This document shows positions 37,957-51,300 of a DNA stretch of 64,000 bases, piece after piece. How positions within the stretch are numbered: position 1 is the first letter of the stretch; each line of letters opens with the position of its first letter. The stretch is from Mustelus asterias (taxonomy: Eukaryota). A model generated the notes under the pieces. The model made no database searches, was not told the DNA's origin, and saw only the letters and a list, made by a program, of their open reading frames with translations. The stretch is taken from the NCBI RefSeq assembly GCF_964213995.1, contig NC_135813.1, forward strand, positions 74,772,001-74,836,000, given 5' to 3'. A program made the position numbers and the translations under genes.

Positions 37957-38168
37957 ACCATAGAATCCCTACAGTGCAGGAGGAGGCCATTCGGCCCATT
38001 GAGTCTGTGCTGACTCTCCAAAAGAGCTTCTTACCCAAGCCCACCCACTGCTGCTCCCTCAAATCGCCATTCACCTAGCCTACACATCTTTAGACACTAC
38101 GGGGCAAGTTAGTTTGGCCAATCCACCTTACCTATGCATCTTTGGACTGTGGGAGGAAACCCATGCAG
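37957..38168 (-). mobile_element. V-SINE 3' fragment
   Basis: catagaatccctacagtgcagg...ggactgtgggaggaaacc. Confidence 0.75.
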
Positions 38169-40664
38169 AAGCATTGTCACTATTGTGTAGACAAATATAG
38201 CAGACAACTGAAAGTGGTAAATTTGATGATTAGTTAATTTGACGGTTGCTAAGGAAAGAAATGTTGGTTGGCTGACAAATGCTGTAATATCTTTTTCATC
38301 TACCTAACCAGGTAAGCAGGGTCTTTGTTTAACATCTCGACCAAAGGCTACCTATCAGCTTAAATTTTATTGAGTTCTGTATTGGAACTTGAGAATACAA
38401 TCTTAGAGCTAAATTGATACTGACACTTTTACATTTGAATAATGCTACAGTTTGCTTTCAGTTAATTAGGATCCAATTGTCTTTCCCACCTGATCTCCGT
38501 GTCCAGTAATGTGAAAAACAGATATATAACAGACCTGTATTTATGTTGCGCCTTTAATGTAATAAAACATTATTTTACAAAACCAAAATTTGGGTTGCAT
38601 CAGGATATATTGGGAAGGTGTCCAAAAGCCTGATGAAACGTACATTTTGAGGAGTGTCTTGAGAGGAAGGAAAGGTAGAGGGGTTTAGGGAGGAAGTTTT
38701 TTGTGACCTGCCATCTTCAGGTAAAGTTTGTGATACATTTCTTTGTGGCGATTCAAGCTGAGGGATGTGGAAAGAAAGACTTGCATTACCTACTGCCTTA
38801 TTGTGTTTAAAATGTTGCAAACGTCTTCATTGATGTGAATTACTTAGCAGTGATGGCTATATATGCAAATGACTTGAAAACAGCACAGAAATAGATTAAT
38901 GTTAACATTTTCAAAAAATCAAAATCAGTTACAGAAGGTAAAATTACCATAAATGCTAATATAAGGAAATAAAATATCAATTATGGATAAGAAATGATTC
39001 AGTTTATTTCCAAAGAATTAATAACATTCAGCTTGGAATTGGATTACAATACAGAAATGATTTTCTTAAATATATACAATTTTATTTTAATTTTGAGGCA
39101 GTTTGTATGATGCTTTTAGCACGCACATCTATCATTTTTGTGTGACATTAAGTATTATTAATGCCCTCTACTGTATTCACAAATTAATTACCTGGGATTT
39201 TAACAGGTGTATAAATTGAATTAACCTGTAAACATCAAGCTATATTTTAAATTCATGTAGAACAAATGACTTTAAAAATTGTATGTCGTCTACTGGCTTG
39301 GATTTTGCATCAGCGATGAAATGACAGTGCTCACTGCTGACCTTGAGGTAAGCAAGCCATAAAGGTCTAGCAATCTCCTGGCATGGATTTTACCTTCCCT
39401 AATGTTAATTTGAATCTCTCTCCAGCAACAGTGCTGTGAGCAGGATAAATAACCAATCATACTGAAGAATTCTCACAGACTGCAAACCATTGATTATCCT
39501 ATGTGTAAAGTTTGGGACATGTTGGTCGAACTTTAAAATATTATTTTACAAACTTGGAATTTTTATCAGAATAGAAAAAATTGGTATTGCTCAAACATAA
39601 AATTATTTTTCCAGAGTCTGAGGTGTTCTTCAACAGGAGTAGTGGCTTAGTATGCTGTTTAAAAACCTGATTACACCTCACTAACAAGGCATAACTTTTT
39701 TAACAGCAATATTGAAGAAGTTATCATTTGTTCGGTAATTTCTAATTGTAGTCTGCATGAACCTCAACAGCGCACCCTACAAAGAAGCATGGAATCATTG
39801 ACAGCAACTTCTGGCTTTCTAGTTTTAGCTACTCAAATGCAGACTCCTAAAGTTGCTGGCAATTTCTGAGTAGTAATGGCAATAACTTTGCAGTTTGATT
39901 ATCATTCATGCAAAATCCTGGTCATTTAGTCTGAAAACAAATAGAATCGGGCCCAGAAATCTGAGTGTACCTATTTCTGGGCTTGTAGGGACTTCAAGGT
40001 ACAATCTCTGTGCCAATACGGAGAAGCCCTAGTAATAGACTTTGGACCTCATTAACATGAAGCTGGTGCTATGGTGGAGCAAGATTGTGCATTTTAAATA
40101 AGTGAATGCCAGATGGGTGAAGAGTGACATCTAGTCTCAAGGTGACATGTGCCTTCAGTTGGGGAGTGGTGGACACCTAGCAGCAGGCTTTATATTTTTA
40201 ATATGGAGCCAGGGGAAGCTGTTCTTCCCGGGTCCACGTTCAGTTAAAGTTGGAGGTCTTTCTGCCTCTTAGCACCATGTTGCCATGTGAGTTATACACA
40301 TGGCAAGTGAAGCACTCGGGTGTTCAGAAATTGGGAATAAGTCCTGTGAGATGCATAGGGCCCTAATTTAAATAAATACATTTTTAAACCCCGATGTTCT
40401 ACTTGGAAATGAAGAATACTTTTTAATTCACTAATTTCACATTTATACACCTGAATACCAGGAATAAATAAACATCAATGAATTAACTAGGTAACCCAGT
40501 TAATCCCTAATTCTCACTGATTGTTGTTCAAAGCAGTTTTCATACCACATAAATATCACTTTTCAAACAGTAGATTACAATGACTACAAGAAGCATACAA
40601 ATACAATATTTGAAACATTTTCTTTACAATTTTTATATTTTTCCAACTACATCAAGAATTGGTA

Positions 40665-40912
40665 CAAAAGTAAAATACTGCAAGTGCTGGAAATATGAAA
40701 TAAAACCATAAAATGCTGGAAAAATTCAGGTCTGGTAGCATCTGTGCAGAGGAAAAAGAGTTAAGACTTCAGGTCAATGACTTCATTTGAGCTCAAGAAC
40801 TTGTATTATACTTGAATTCTAATGAAGGGTCGTTGACCTGAAACATAAACTCTCTTTTTCTCTCTACAAATGCCAACTGATCTGCTGACTATTCCCAATG
40901 TTTTCAGTTTTT
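40665..40912. mobile_element. Family B fold-back element with degenerate hammerheads
   Basis: Inverted arms. CTAATGAagggtcgttgacctGAAACAT at ~40819-40846. Confidence 0.7.
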
Positions 40913-41149
40913 GTATCACAAATGTGTAATTAGCTTTGAAGAGGACTACACAAAAGCAGGGCAGGTGAACAACTGTTTTGTCATCCTGTACTGTGGGTGT
41001 CAGGTAATTTTTGCAATCACCATTTCCTTGTGCTAAAATGAGCGAATCATTGACTATTTGGAACTACGTGAACCCGTGTCTAACCAATTAATGTTACAGT
41101 ATTTTTATAGATAATTTACTTCTTAGTGAGCAGGTAAGATGAAACAAAG

Positions 41150-41339
41150 ATAAAAGCAAAATACTTTGGGTGTTGGAATCTAAAACAAAAACAGAAAATG
41201 CTGGAAAATCTCAGCAGGTCTGACAGCATCTGTGGAGAGAGAATAGAACCAATGTTTCAAGTCAGTTCTGATGAAGCGTCGGGGGCTCTATTCACTCCAC
41301 AGATGCCATCAGACCTGCTGGGATTTTCCCCCATTTTCT
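41150..41339. mobile_element. Family B fold-back element
   Basis: Tail plus inverted arms. 16-bp TSD gtaagatgaaacaaag (41134-41149 and 41340-41355). Confidence 0.82.
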
Positions 41340-41636
41340 GTAAGATGAAACAAAGCTGCTTTTAGCTGAACTATACTTATGCAACCGTCCCTTCTTTTCA
41401 ACACATATAAGACTCAGTTACATAACTAGGCCCATATTTTCCACTTTGAGGCCTCAGACCCATGGGAAATGATACCTCAAGCGTCTATAATACTGGAGTT
41501 AGCAAATGTGCCATGTTCAATATGGAATTCAAGGCGCCTAGGTCAGATTTCTCATTTCTAGAGGTTTTTCTTACCCAATGTTACATAACACTTAGGAGTA
41601 GCCACTAAGCCCTTTGAATCTGCTCTGCCATTCAAT

Positions 41637-41849
41637 ATGATGTGCAGATGCTGGCATTGGACTGGGGTGGGCACAGTAAGAGGTCTCCCAACACCAGGTT
41701 AAAGTCCAACAGGTTTATTTGGAATCATGAGCTTTCAGAGCACTGCTCCTTCATTAGATGAGTCACCTGATGAAGGAGCAGCACTCCGAAAGCTCGTGAT
41801 TCCAAATAAACCTGTTGGACTTTAATCTGGTGTTGGGAGACCTCTTACT
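41637..41849. mobile_element. PLE family A (variant subfamily) fold-back insertion
   Basis: Tail plus inverted arms. TSD attcaata(t/a)ga. Inserted in a CR1 3' remnant. Confidence 0.85.
41760..41802 (+). ncRNA. Minimal hammerhead motif
   Basis: gagtcac-CTGATGA-a-ggagc agc actcc-GAAA-gc-TC-gtgattc, 7-bp stem I including one G-U. Confidence 0.7.
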
Positions 41850-42169
41850 ATTCAATAAGATTATGGCTGATTAGTATGGTCCCAGCTCCACTTCTTCTTC
41901 TCTCCCCACCCCATGACCCTTGAATCCTTTGTCTATCAAAAATCTAACTCTGCCTTTAATAAATCCATTTTTTTCTGATGAGAACCCAACACATCTACAT
42001 TAATTGAACAAGGTATTCCTCTGATCTGGAAATTGCTCAGGAGGTACCCTTACAATTTTTGAATGATTGGCACAGATAATGGGTCTTCTGTAGATGTGAG
42101 CTTTAGCAAAGTACATTCAACTTGATATTTTGACTTCTCCTACATGTCATATAAATACACATACATACT

Positions 42170-42175
42170 TTTATT
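42170..42175 (-). terminator. Candidate CFAP73 polyadenylation signal
   Basis: AATAAA on the minus strand ~100 nt after the stop codon. Confidence 0.55.
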
Positions 42176-42272
42176 GTCATAATAGAACAAGTGTAAAACT
42201 TCTCATTCATTAATTTTGTCGTATTTATAAACTAAGCAATGACCATGGAAGGTAATTGCACTATTAATATGT

Positions 42273-42356
42273 TTATGGAGTTAAAGGCGTGCTAAACTCG
42301 AAACTTTTCTTCAGTTCTTGTACCATATCACTCAATTCTAGGATGTGCTGCTGAAT
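42273..42356 (-). CDS. CFAP73: CFAP73 terminal coding exon
   Basis: tgcag|[27 protein letters not shown]. Not in the ORF track. Confidence 0.8.
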   Translation of the reverse strand: MQQHILELSDMVQELKKSFEFSTPLTP

Positions 42357-45300
42357 CTGCAAGATAATTCCAAAAATAATCAGTGTCTTAAGTCATTTTA
42401 AAATGATATTTATGGACAATTTAAAATGTGGGTAAAATGACACAACTGGTCAAATCCGCATATTAAACTTGTATAAATTACCTATTCATCTGTAATGTTT
42501 ACACAAAATCAGATCATTAATCTGTTTTTGCATTTCCCTCTGCTCATATAGTGCCCAATAAATTCCTGACAAACATTAATATTCTAGCAGAGTGCACTGG
42601 ATATTGATGTGAGAATCCTGGGCGATGATTAATGTTGTTCAAAATTGATTAATCAGTAAATAGCTCTTGTATCTACGACATTGTTAAAGATAAACTTCAA
42701 CAAGGAAAAATTGGCAGCCAGTGCAACTGAACCAATAGGGGAGAGAAGAGAAATAGTGGAGTGATCCAGGAAAATAAGGTTAAGTGAAGAATCTGTGATT
42801 GTGCAAGAACTAGATGCTTAGGATAGTGGAGTTTATTCAATGATCATAACTTATGGATCCAGCCCCACTGTTCCTGCCCAGAATTTAACCAGAATGTCAA
42901 CTCCCTGTGGTCTCTCATTAAAAGCCTATGGGTGGCACAGTGGTTATCACTGCTGCCTCACAGCGCCAGGGACCTGGGTTCGATTTCCAGCTTGGGTCAC
43001 TGTCTGTGTGGAGTTTGCATGTTCTCCCCGTGTCTGCGTGGGTTTCCTCTGAGTGCTCTAGTTTCCTCCAACAGTCCGAAAGACGTGCTAACCGTGCATT
43101 GGCCATGCTTTAGAACTGTCACATCTATTCTTGAATCACATTCACTCTGTGTTGCTCTGTACTAAATCAACTGTTTCCATTCATGTGGAAGTGACCTTCA
43201 ATTATACTCATGAGCCTGGGCTAGAAATGAAGTGGGAGGGGGGTCAGAGTTCTAATCTTGGTCACTATGCAGTGATCCATGTAAGTAAGTTTGTGAGGGC
43301 AGGGTCTGATGGGGTTAGTGCTACCTGTTGGTTCAATAGCCTGCTGACACACACTGTCTAGGCTAATGCACAAAATAACTTGAGAGCAGTGATGGGCAGC
43401 GCAGGCTAATGAGTGGGCTGCATGAGTGGCCCTCCTTCATCTCAGTGGACCGCAAGGTTACTATCAGGCTTGTTCACTAACCATGACCCTATAAATAAGA
43501 TTAAATATATTTAATACATGCCGAATATTTCATAAAAGTTATAGAAAAGGCTTAATCATTTATATATCAATAGAATTGTCATCAACTTCAAATGGCAAAA
43601 ACAAAAGAAATATTTACACTTTGAATACAGAGAGAGTACTGGTGTGCGCAAAATATCTCACTTCACTTGTCCTTGCTTTAGGTGTATCACTTCAGTCATG
43701 CCGTTAGGAAAAAACCTGCACGGACGGAAATCAGCAGAATGTACGGCAGTGCTGCACATGGGCAACGGTCAGCAAAATGTCTCGTGAGCTACACTTGGCA
43801 CAGTGGTTAGCATTGCCGCCTCACAGTGCTAGGGACCCGGGTTCGATTCCTGCCTTGGGTCACGGTGGATGCGGGGAGTTTGTACTTTCTCCCTGTGTCT
43901 GCGTGGGTTTCCTCCAGATGCTTCAGTTTCCTCCCACAGTCCGAAAAGCGTGCCGGTTAGGTGCATTAGCCATGCTAAATTCTTCCTCAGTGTACCCGAA
44001 CAGGTGCCAGAGTGTGGCGACTAAGGGATTTTCACAGTGACTTCATTGCAGTGTTAACGTAAGCCTACTTGTGACACTAGTGAATAAACTTGAGAACCCA
44101 AGATGGGATGCATGTGGCCCCTGGGCTGCATCTTGCCCATCACTGATCTAGAGGATGCTTGATGTCTTCTAAGCACCAGTGCTGGGAAGCACCTTAAAGG
44201 GAGAAAGGAGTGAAAATGGGGAGAACAAAATCAAACTACTTCAACATTGAAGCACATTGTTCGTTTTTGTGGTAGAGTTATATTATTAATTATTCGTAGC
44301 AAATCTGGCCTAAGGTATATGATGCTAAAAGTGTTAGCAGCAATACTGTCCGTGGCTTGTTAGCCTGATGATTGTGGAGCTAGCCAACAAATAATTATGG
44401 AACTGGCTATTGATTTTGAATATTGAGATAAGTAGATGTACATTCCCTTACTGTTCACTAAATGAAATGCTCTTTCTGGAACGCAACAGGTTTTAGCCTT
44501 ACAAACAATCCATGAAGGATTTTATTTGTAAAACTTACAATTCCAAAACCTCAATTTAAAAAAAAATTTAATCTGTATAGTTGCGGCTATAGGGGTTTAA
44601 TTTCCACAGGGTTTCTCCCGAAAAGAGAGACCACGGAGGCAGCCTGCAGACACAACTAGCAATCCATAGAACATAGAATCCAGAGGGGTTTCTGTTCTCA
44701 TTTCAGGGCCTACAGTCTAAAAATATATATTTTTGCTCATCTGAGAGCACCTCTATGTTGAGGTGCCCTTGAAGTCACCCGCCTGCCTCTGCCATGACCA
44801 GCTTTCCTGATGGAGCTACCAATGAATTAGAACTACCCAGTTGACCCTATGACTGGGCATCAGGAACCCACAAAGTGGGAAACCATCACCAGGAAAATAG
44901 CTCCTCTGGTTTGGCCTCTCCGCTCGGTGCCCACGTTTGGTCCCAATTTTGAGGCCCTCAAAGTTCAGGTGAAAATCCCGCCTGAGGTCTCAATGCCACT
45001 CGCTCACCCTCCTGCCCTCGGGAAGGGGAGGAATGAAATCCTAAGTTGGTTTCGAAGCAATGTTAGTGCAGTTCAGAATGAAAGCTTCCCCTCCAGTTTG
45101 CAAAATGTTCATGGCATTGGGTGATCTCAGAAAGGAGAAAAGAATTAATGGAACAGGTTTCCTCCCAGAGTCCAAAGAGACCGTAAGACCATAAGAGCAG
45201 AATTAGGCCACTCGGCCCATTGAGTCTGCTCCGCCATTCAATCATGGCTGATTTTTTTCTCATCCCCATTCTCCTGCTTTTTTTCCATAACTCCTGATCC

Positions 45301-48300
45301 CCTTATTAATCAAGAACCTATCTATCTCTGTCTTAAGACACTCAATGACCTAAAGAGGTGCAGGTTAGGTTGATTGGCCATGCTAAGTTGCTCCTTAATG
45401 TCAGGGGAACTAGCATGGTAAATACGTGGGGTTACAGATATAGGACCTGGATGGGATTGTTGTCGGTGCAGGCTTGATGGGTCGAATTCCTTCCTGCAAT
45501 GTTGGGATTCTATGATTCTAAGAGTGGGTCAAGAAGCTTCTTGAGTCTATTCTGCATTTCATTTGATCGTGGTTGATCTGTACTTTAATTCTATTTACTC
45601 AGCTTTGCTCCATATCCTTTCAGAACATCATGGAACAATTTTTTTTTCAAGACATTTGTCGAGAGTTTGTCTTGAGATGAACAACCAGTGCAGATCAGTA
45701 TTCTTCCTGCATATGTTGCAGCCAATCCATGTGTATGTCACAATTTTTTGTAATCAGTACAGCCTATATTCCTCTACAGAATAAAAAGCATAATGATTTC
45801 CAGCTCCTTCGATGGATCAGTTGGTAAAATAATTCAGAAATGGAAGTCCTAGGTTTGACTCCCTGTTCTGAACAGTCGGTGTTTCAGAATTGACTTCAGT
45901 GAGACAGAGAGGAAATCATCCAACCTTTCTATTCTTGACCACTGCTGGAAAGTGATTATTTCCAATTCCAATTCTCTTCCTGCACCTAGTGGTGCACTGA
46001 GGCAGACTTTTGTCTGTTCCATGGCTAGTAATTCCTGGTAAGGAGTCTAACAACACCAGGTTAAAGTCCAACAGGTTTATCTGGTAGCAAACGCCACTAG
46101 CTTTCGGAGCGCTGCTCCTTCGTCAGATGGAGTGGAAATCTACCACTCGCAGTGTGGAGTGGATTTCCACTCCATCTGACGAAGGAGCAGTGCTCCGAAA
46201 GCTAGTGGCGTTTGCTACCAAATAAACCTGAAGGACTTTAACCTGGTGTTGTTAGACTCCTTACTGTGTTTACCCCAGTCCAATGCCGGCATTTCCACAT
46301 CAGTAATTCCTGGAACAGGTCGCTAGTCTGTTGCCAGGAGCTTATAGCTTGAGGGGCGCCACTCCAAGCGTGGCTGACCAGTCTTCCCCTGCCTTACTGC
46401 CAGCCATTGATCTGTTTGGAAGGGTGTGCAGATTGACACACCCAACCTGTTTGACTGCTTTATGAATGCATCTTCCTTGGCCATCAAGTCCTGGGATGGG
46501 ACTCGAATCTGGAGCTTCTGGCTCACGAGAGGGGACATTGACAATTGCGCCACAAGACCATTGAATGGTTAGCACTGTTGCCTCACAGGGCCAGGGACCC
46601 GGGTTAAATTCCAGCCTTGGGTGACTGTCTATGTGGAGTTTGCACGTTCTCCCCACGTCTGCGTGGGTTTCCTCCGGATGCTCTGGTTTCTTCCCACTGT
46701 CTGAAGACGTGCAAGTTGGGTGGACTGGCCATGCTAAATTACCCCTTAATGTCCCATGATGTGTAGCTTAGATGGAAAATGTGTAGGGTTGGGGGATAGG
46801 GTGGGGGAGAGAGTCTGAGTAAGACATTCTGTCAGAGGGTCGGTGTAGACCCAATGGGCCGAATGGCCTCCTTCTGCACTGTAGTAGCAGTGTGGTTAGC
46901 ACTGCTGCCTCAAGCGCCAAGGACCCAGATTTAATTCCAGCCTTGGGTGACTTGGGATGGAAAGGAAAAGTAAATAATTATACAGCTTCATTCTATGAAG
47001 TGATTAGTTGGTGATGTTATTATTGGGCTTAACTGCAATGCCTGTGAAGGAAGGTACAGCCCGCTGATACTCACCAGACTCCTACATGAAGAATGTTGAC
47101 TGATTTAAGCAAGATACCAGAGGATTGTCACTAAGGGTGGAACTGTATCAAAGCAGGAGTTAGCACTTCAGAGTGGAGAACATTGGAAAAATAAATGTTT
47201 GAACAATTCCATTCCCACTGCAAAACTGCAGAAAAAGCCTGAAATAGAATGGGAATAAATATGATCCACATATAAACAGCACACTTACTGCATCAAGCTG
47301 CGTGTCTGTATCATCCGATGCAGTGACAGATTTCATATCTGCTTTTCTTACATGCATGTAAATGTTAAAAATTGCCATCTTTGTCATGCCCAAGATAAGG
47401 GTCCTTTTAGCTGCTGTGTTTTGAATATGTGCCCATGTGGATTCCTGTAAAATTAGATAATGGTACAATTTCTTTTGAAATCACTGTGCTAGTTACTTAT
47501 GATCTTCAATAAAAACATGTTCTTAGTCATTTGAAAAGTTTATTCTGGCAAAATATCTTTGAAATAACATTGATCCAGATTATGTAGTGAGCTGCAAATT
47601 AACATCGCTCGCCAGTTCTCACTGTTGAACTTGCTTGCAGATGTTATGTGGTTTTTTAAACATGCTAATTAAAGAGAGTCAAATTAGTGCAGACCCTTCT
47701 CCAGGAGATCCAGAACCTGTGTCTCCTCGCAGTGGCATTGTGGTTAGCACTGCTGCCTCACAGCGCCAGTGACCTGGGTTCAATTCCCAGCTTGGGTCAC
47801 CGTATGTGTGGAGTCTGCACGTTCTCCCTGTGTCTGCGTAGGTTTCCTCCGGGTGCTCCGGTTTCCTCCCACAGTCTGAAAGACGTGCTGGTTAGGTGCA
47901 CTGGTCAAGCTAAATTCTCCCTCAGTGTACCCAAACAGGCTAAGAAGTCTCACAACACCAGGTTAAAGTCCAACAGGTTTATTTAGTAACATAAGCCACT
48001 AGCTTTCGGAGCACTGCCCCTTCATCAGGACTTACCTGATGAAGGGGCAGCGCTCCGAAAGCTAGTGGCTTGTGCTACCAAATAAACCTGTTGGACTTCA
48101 ACCTGGTGTTGTGAGACTTCTTACTGTGTTTACCCCAGTCCAACGCCGGCATCTCCACATCATGGCTACCCCAAACAGGCGCCAGAGTGTGGCGACTAGG
48201 GGATTTTCACAGTAACTTCCTTGTAGTGTTAATGTAAGCCTACTTGTGACATGAATAAATAAACTTGAAACTCCTCAACTAACCAGCTTGAAAAATTCTT

Positions 48301-51300
48301 ACTGAATTCCCCAGATTATAAACAGGTTAAGTCTTAGTTAGACTACTGAAACCTGTGTAAAATGATGAGATCTAAGGATTTTTGGCTTAATTTCTAGAAA
48401 ACACTTACCCCTTTTATAACTTTCGCTTTGGCATCTTCCAATCGAGCTTGTAATGCAGCCAGGCTATTATGGTATGTCATAACATCATTATTTTTTTCTT
48501 TCATGAATTGGTTATGATTGGCTTTAATTGTCTTTATGACTTCTTGATCTTCATTGTACTTTGCAATTAGGAGGTCATATGTATGAAATAAAGTCTCAAA
48601 ACGTGTGTTCACCATCCTGATGTCCTGAAACTTAAAAAAAAAAGCAACAAGAAAATCAGGAGCAGTTTGTTTATATACCAAGAGTTTGAGAAAAAATAAA
48701 TTTACTAACACTTGCATCCAAGTGAGGAACGGTTGAGGATTCTGGGTCTGTACTCGTTGGAGTTTAGAAGGATGAGGGGGGATCTTATTGAAACTTACAG
48801 GATACTGCAAGGCCTGGATAGAGTGGACGTGGAAAGGATGTTTCCATTAGTAGGAAAAACTAGAACCAGACGGCACAACCTCAGGCTAAAGGGACGATCC
48901 TTTAAAACAGAGATGAGGAGGAATTTCTTCATCCAGTGAGTGGTGAATCTATGGAACTCTTTGCCGCGGAAGGCGGTGGAGGTCAGGTCATTGAGTAAGA
49001 CAGAGATAGATAGGTTCTTGATTAATAAGGGGATCAGGGGTTATGGAGAAAAGGCAGGAGAATGGGGATGAGAAAAATATCAGCCATGATTGAATGGCAG
49101 AGCAAACTCAATGGGCCGAGTGGCCTAATTCTGCTTCTATGTCTTTATGGTCTTATGGCGTACAGTCTTGCATCAATCTTAAAGAAAAGGGCCTCTATTA
49201 ACTTATTAACGCCAAGGTTCCTTGTTTCTGTCTGTAATATCACTTATCTTTACCTCCCGCCATTGAAGCTGAATTGCTTGCACATACTTCTGCAACATCC
49301 AGATTTATTTGCTGGTCTTTCAGGTGTCATCCTTCACAGAATGAAACACATCCAAAACCTTGCTGTTTCTCTTTCTTAGGGCAGAATGAACTGGTGTGCA
49401 GGAGGGGCGGGTACAATTGGATGCCATGGCAGAAACCCATTGCCTGCCCACTCTTGCTTACATGTGGCATGGAGCATCAGGCAGCCTACTCACCAGTGGG
49501 CCATTTGTGGCCCTTAGATGGCCAATTAATGCCTACTTTAGACCTCCTCCCACCATCGCTAGGATCTGCCCTACAGCAGAGGGTGGGGGCCAAGTATCCA
49601 GACCACCAGGTGAAAACCAGCAGCCTTGTGGCCGGGCTGGAGTGGGAGTTGTTGGTGCCTCATGTCTCAGGGGTGGTACAGTGGTTAGCACTGCTGCCTC
49701 ACAGCGCCATGGACCTGGGTTTAATTCCCGGCTTGGGTCATTGTCTGTGTGGCGTTTGCAGATTTTCCCCGTGTCTGCATGGGTTTCCTCCGGGTGCTCC
49801 GGTTCCCTCCCACAGTCCAAAAGACGAGCTGGTTAGGTGGATTGGTCAAGCTAAATTGCCCCTTAGTGTCAGGGGGACTAGCTAGGGTAAATGCATGGGG
49901 TTATGGGGATAGGGCCTGGGTGGGATTGTGGTCAGTGCAGACTCGATGGGGGTCGAATGGTCTCCTTCTGCATTGTAGGATTCTATGATTCTATCCTCCT
50001 CATGCCCATTAGAGGCACCCCAAGGTATTTCCCAGCTCCCCACACAAACCTCCTCGACCAGCACTTGCTGGGCCCTGCCAGCCAGGCTCCAGCAAGAACC
50101 TGAACTTACCTAAAGGCTTGCGCCCCATCAGCATTTCCTCCTCGGGCCTGCATACAGCCTCAGCTATGATCAGCGTACCCAGTGGCATTGCTTGGACAAG
50201 AGCGCTGCTGGCCATTGATCGGCAGGCAGCTTTCAAGAGGTGGGATACGTTGCTGAGGACAGAAGAAGGGCTGCCTCAAATCAATGACACTAAATAGCTG
50301 CAGCAAAAGCCGGCCAAGCACAGTTGGGCTCACCTCTGAATTTAGCACAGGGCGGGACAACTGGCCCCAACATAAAATTCAGCCCCAAATCCCATTGCTT
50401 TATTACCCCATTCTTGTTAAACTTCAAAGGTTCCACCTCCACCAACTTCAAAATCCTTGCCATCATCTATTAGTCTCTCTAAGACCTTGTTGCTCTCTAT
50501 CTCCTCAAGACCAACATTCCATCATACGTTCACTGATCTTCCAGCTCGGGCCTCCTTTGCGTCCCTCTCTATTTTGGTTCCATCTTTGGCTGCAAACCAT
50601 TCAGCCAGTTTAGTCCCATAGTTAGGAATACTCTCTCTGTATTATCTCTCTCCATTAATTCAAAGGCCTCCCCAAAACCTATTTAAACAGTATTTAAAAA
50701 CTCTGCAACTAGCCTCAATGAGTATGCCACTACGGTAACTGACTTCGTTAGTAAATGTGTAAAAGATTGTGCCAAAGAAGCAAATCCGCGTGTTTCCCAA
50801 CCGGAAACCATGGATAAACAGGGATAAACACAGTAAGAGTTTTAACAACACCAGGTTAAAGTCCAACAGGGATATCCACTGCTTGCTGAAGTCTAGGTCT
50901 GAGGCGTTCAAGCCAGGCGACACTGACCTATACAAGAAACAGTAAGAAGTTTAACAACATCAGGTTAAAGTCCAACAGGTTTATTCCTGTTGGACTTTAA
51001 CCTGGTGTTGTTAAACTTCTTACTGTGTTTACCCCAGTCCAACGCCGGCATCTCCACATCATGACTATACAAGAAAGCCAGATATGATCCAAGAAGATCC
51101 ATCAAAGATGCCAAAAGACAGTACCGGACCAAGCTAGAGACCCAGGCTAGCCACATGGACCCCTGCCGATTATGGCAAGGTCTGCAAGATATAATAAGCT
51201 ACAAGATGGTGGGTGCATCAAATGAAGCTTTGTGGGTAGAGCTTAGGAATAAAAAAGGGACAGCTACATTGCTAGGTGTTTATTATAGACCCCCAGATAG

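Larger units (their letters stand above)
47730..48267 (+). mobile_element. V-SINE, tail type 2, interrupted by a PLE palindrome
   Basis: The SINE resumes after the TSD at 48167. Confidence 0.85.

Noticed and set aside
49274-49885. 203-aa and 146-aa ORFs
   Set aside because: Run through a MITE-like repeat and a SINE, with no recognisable protein features.
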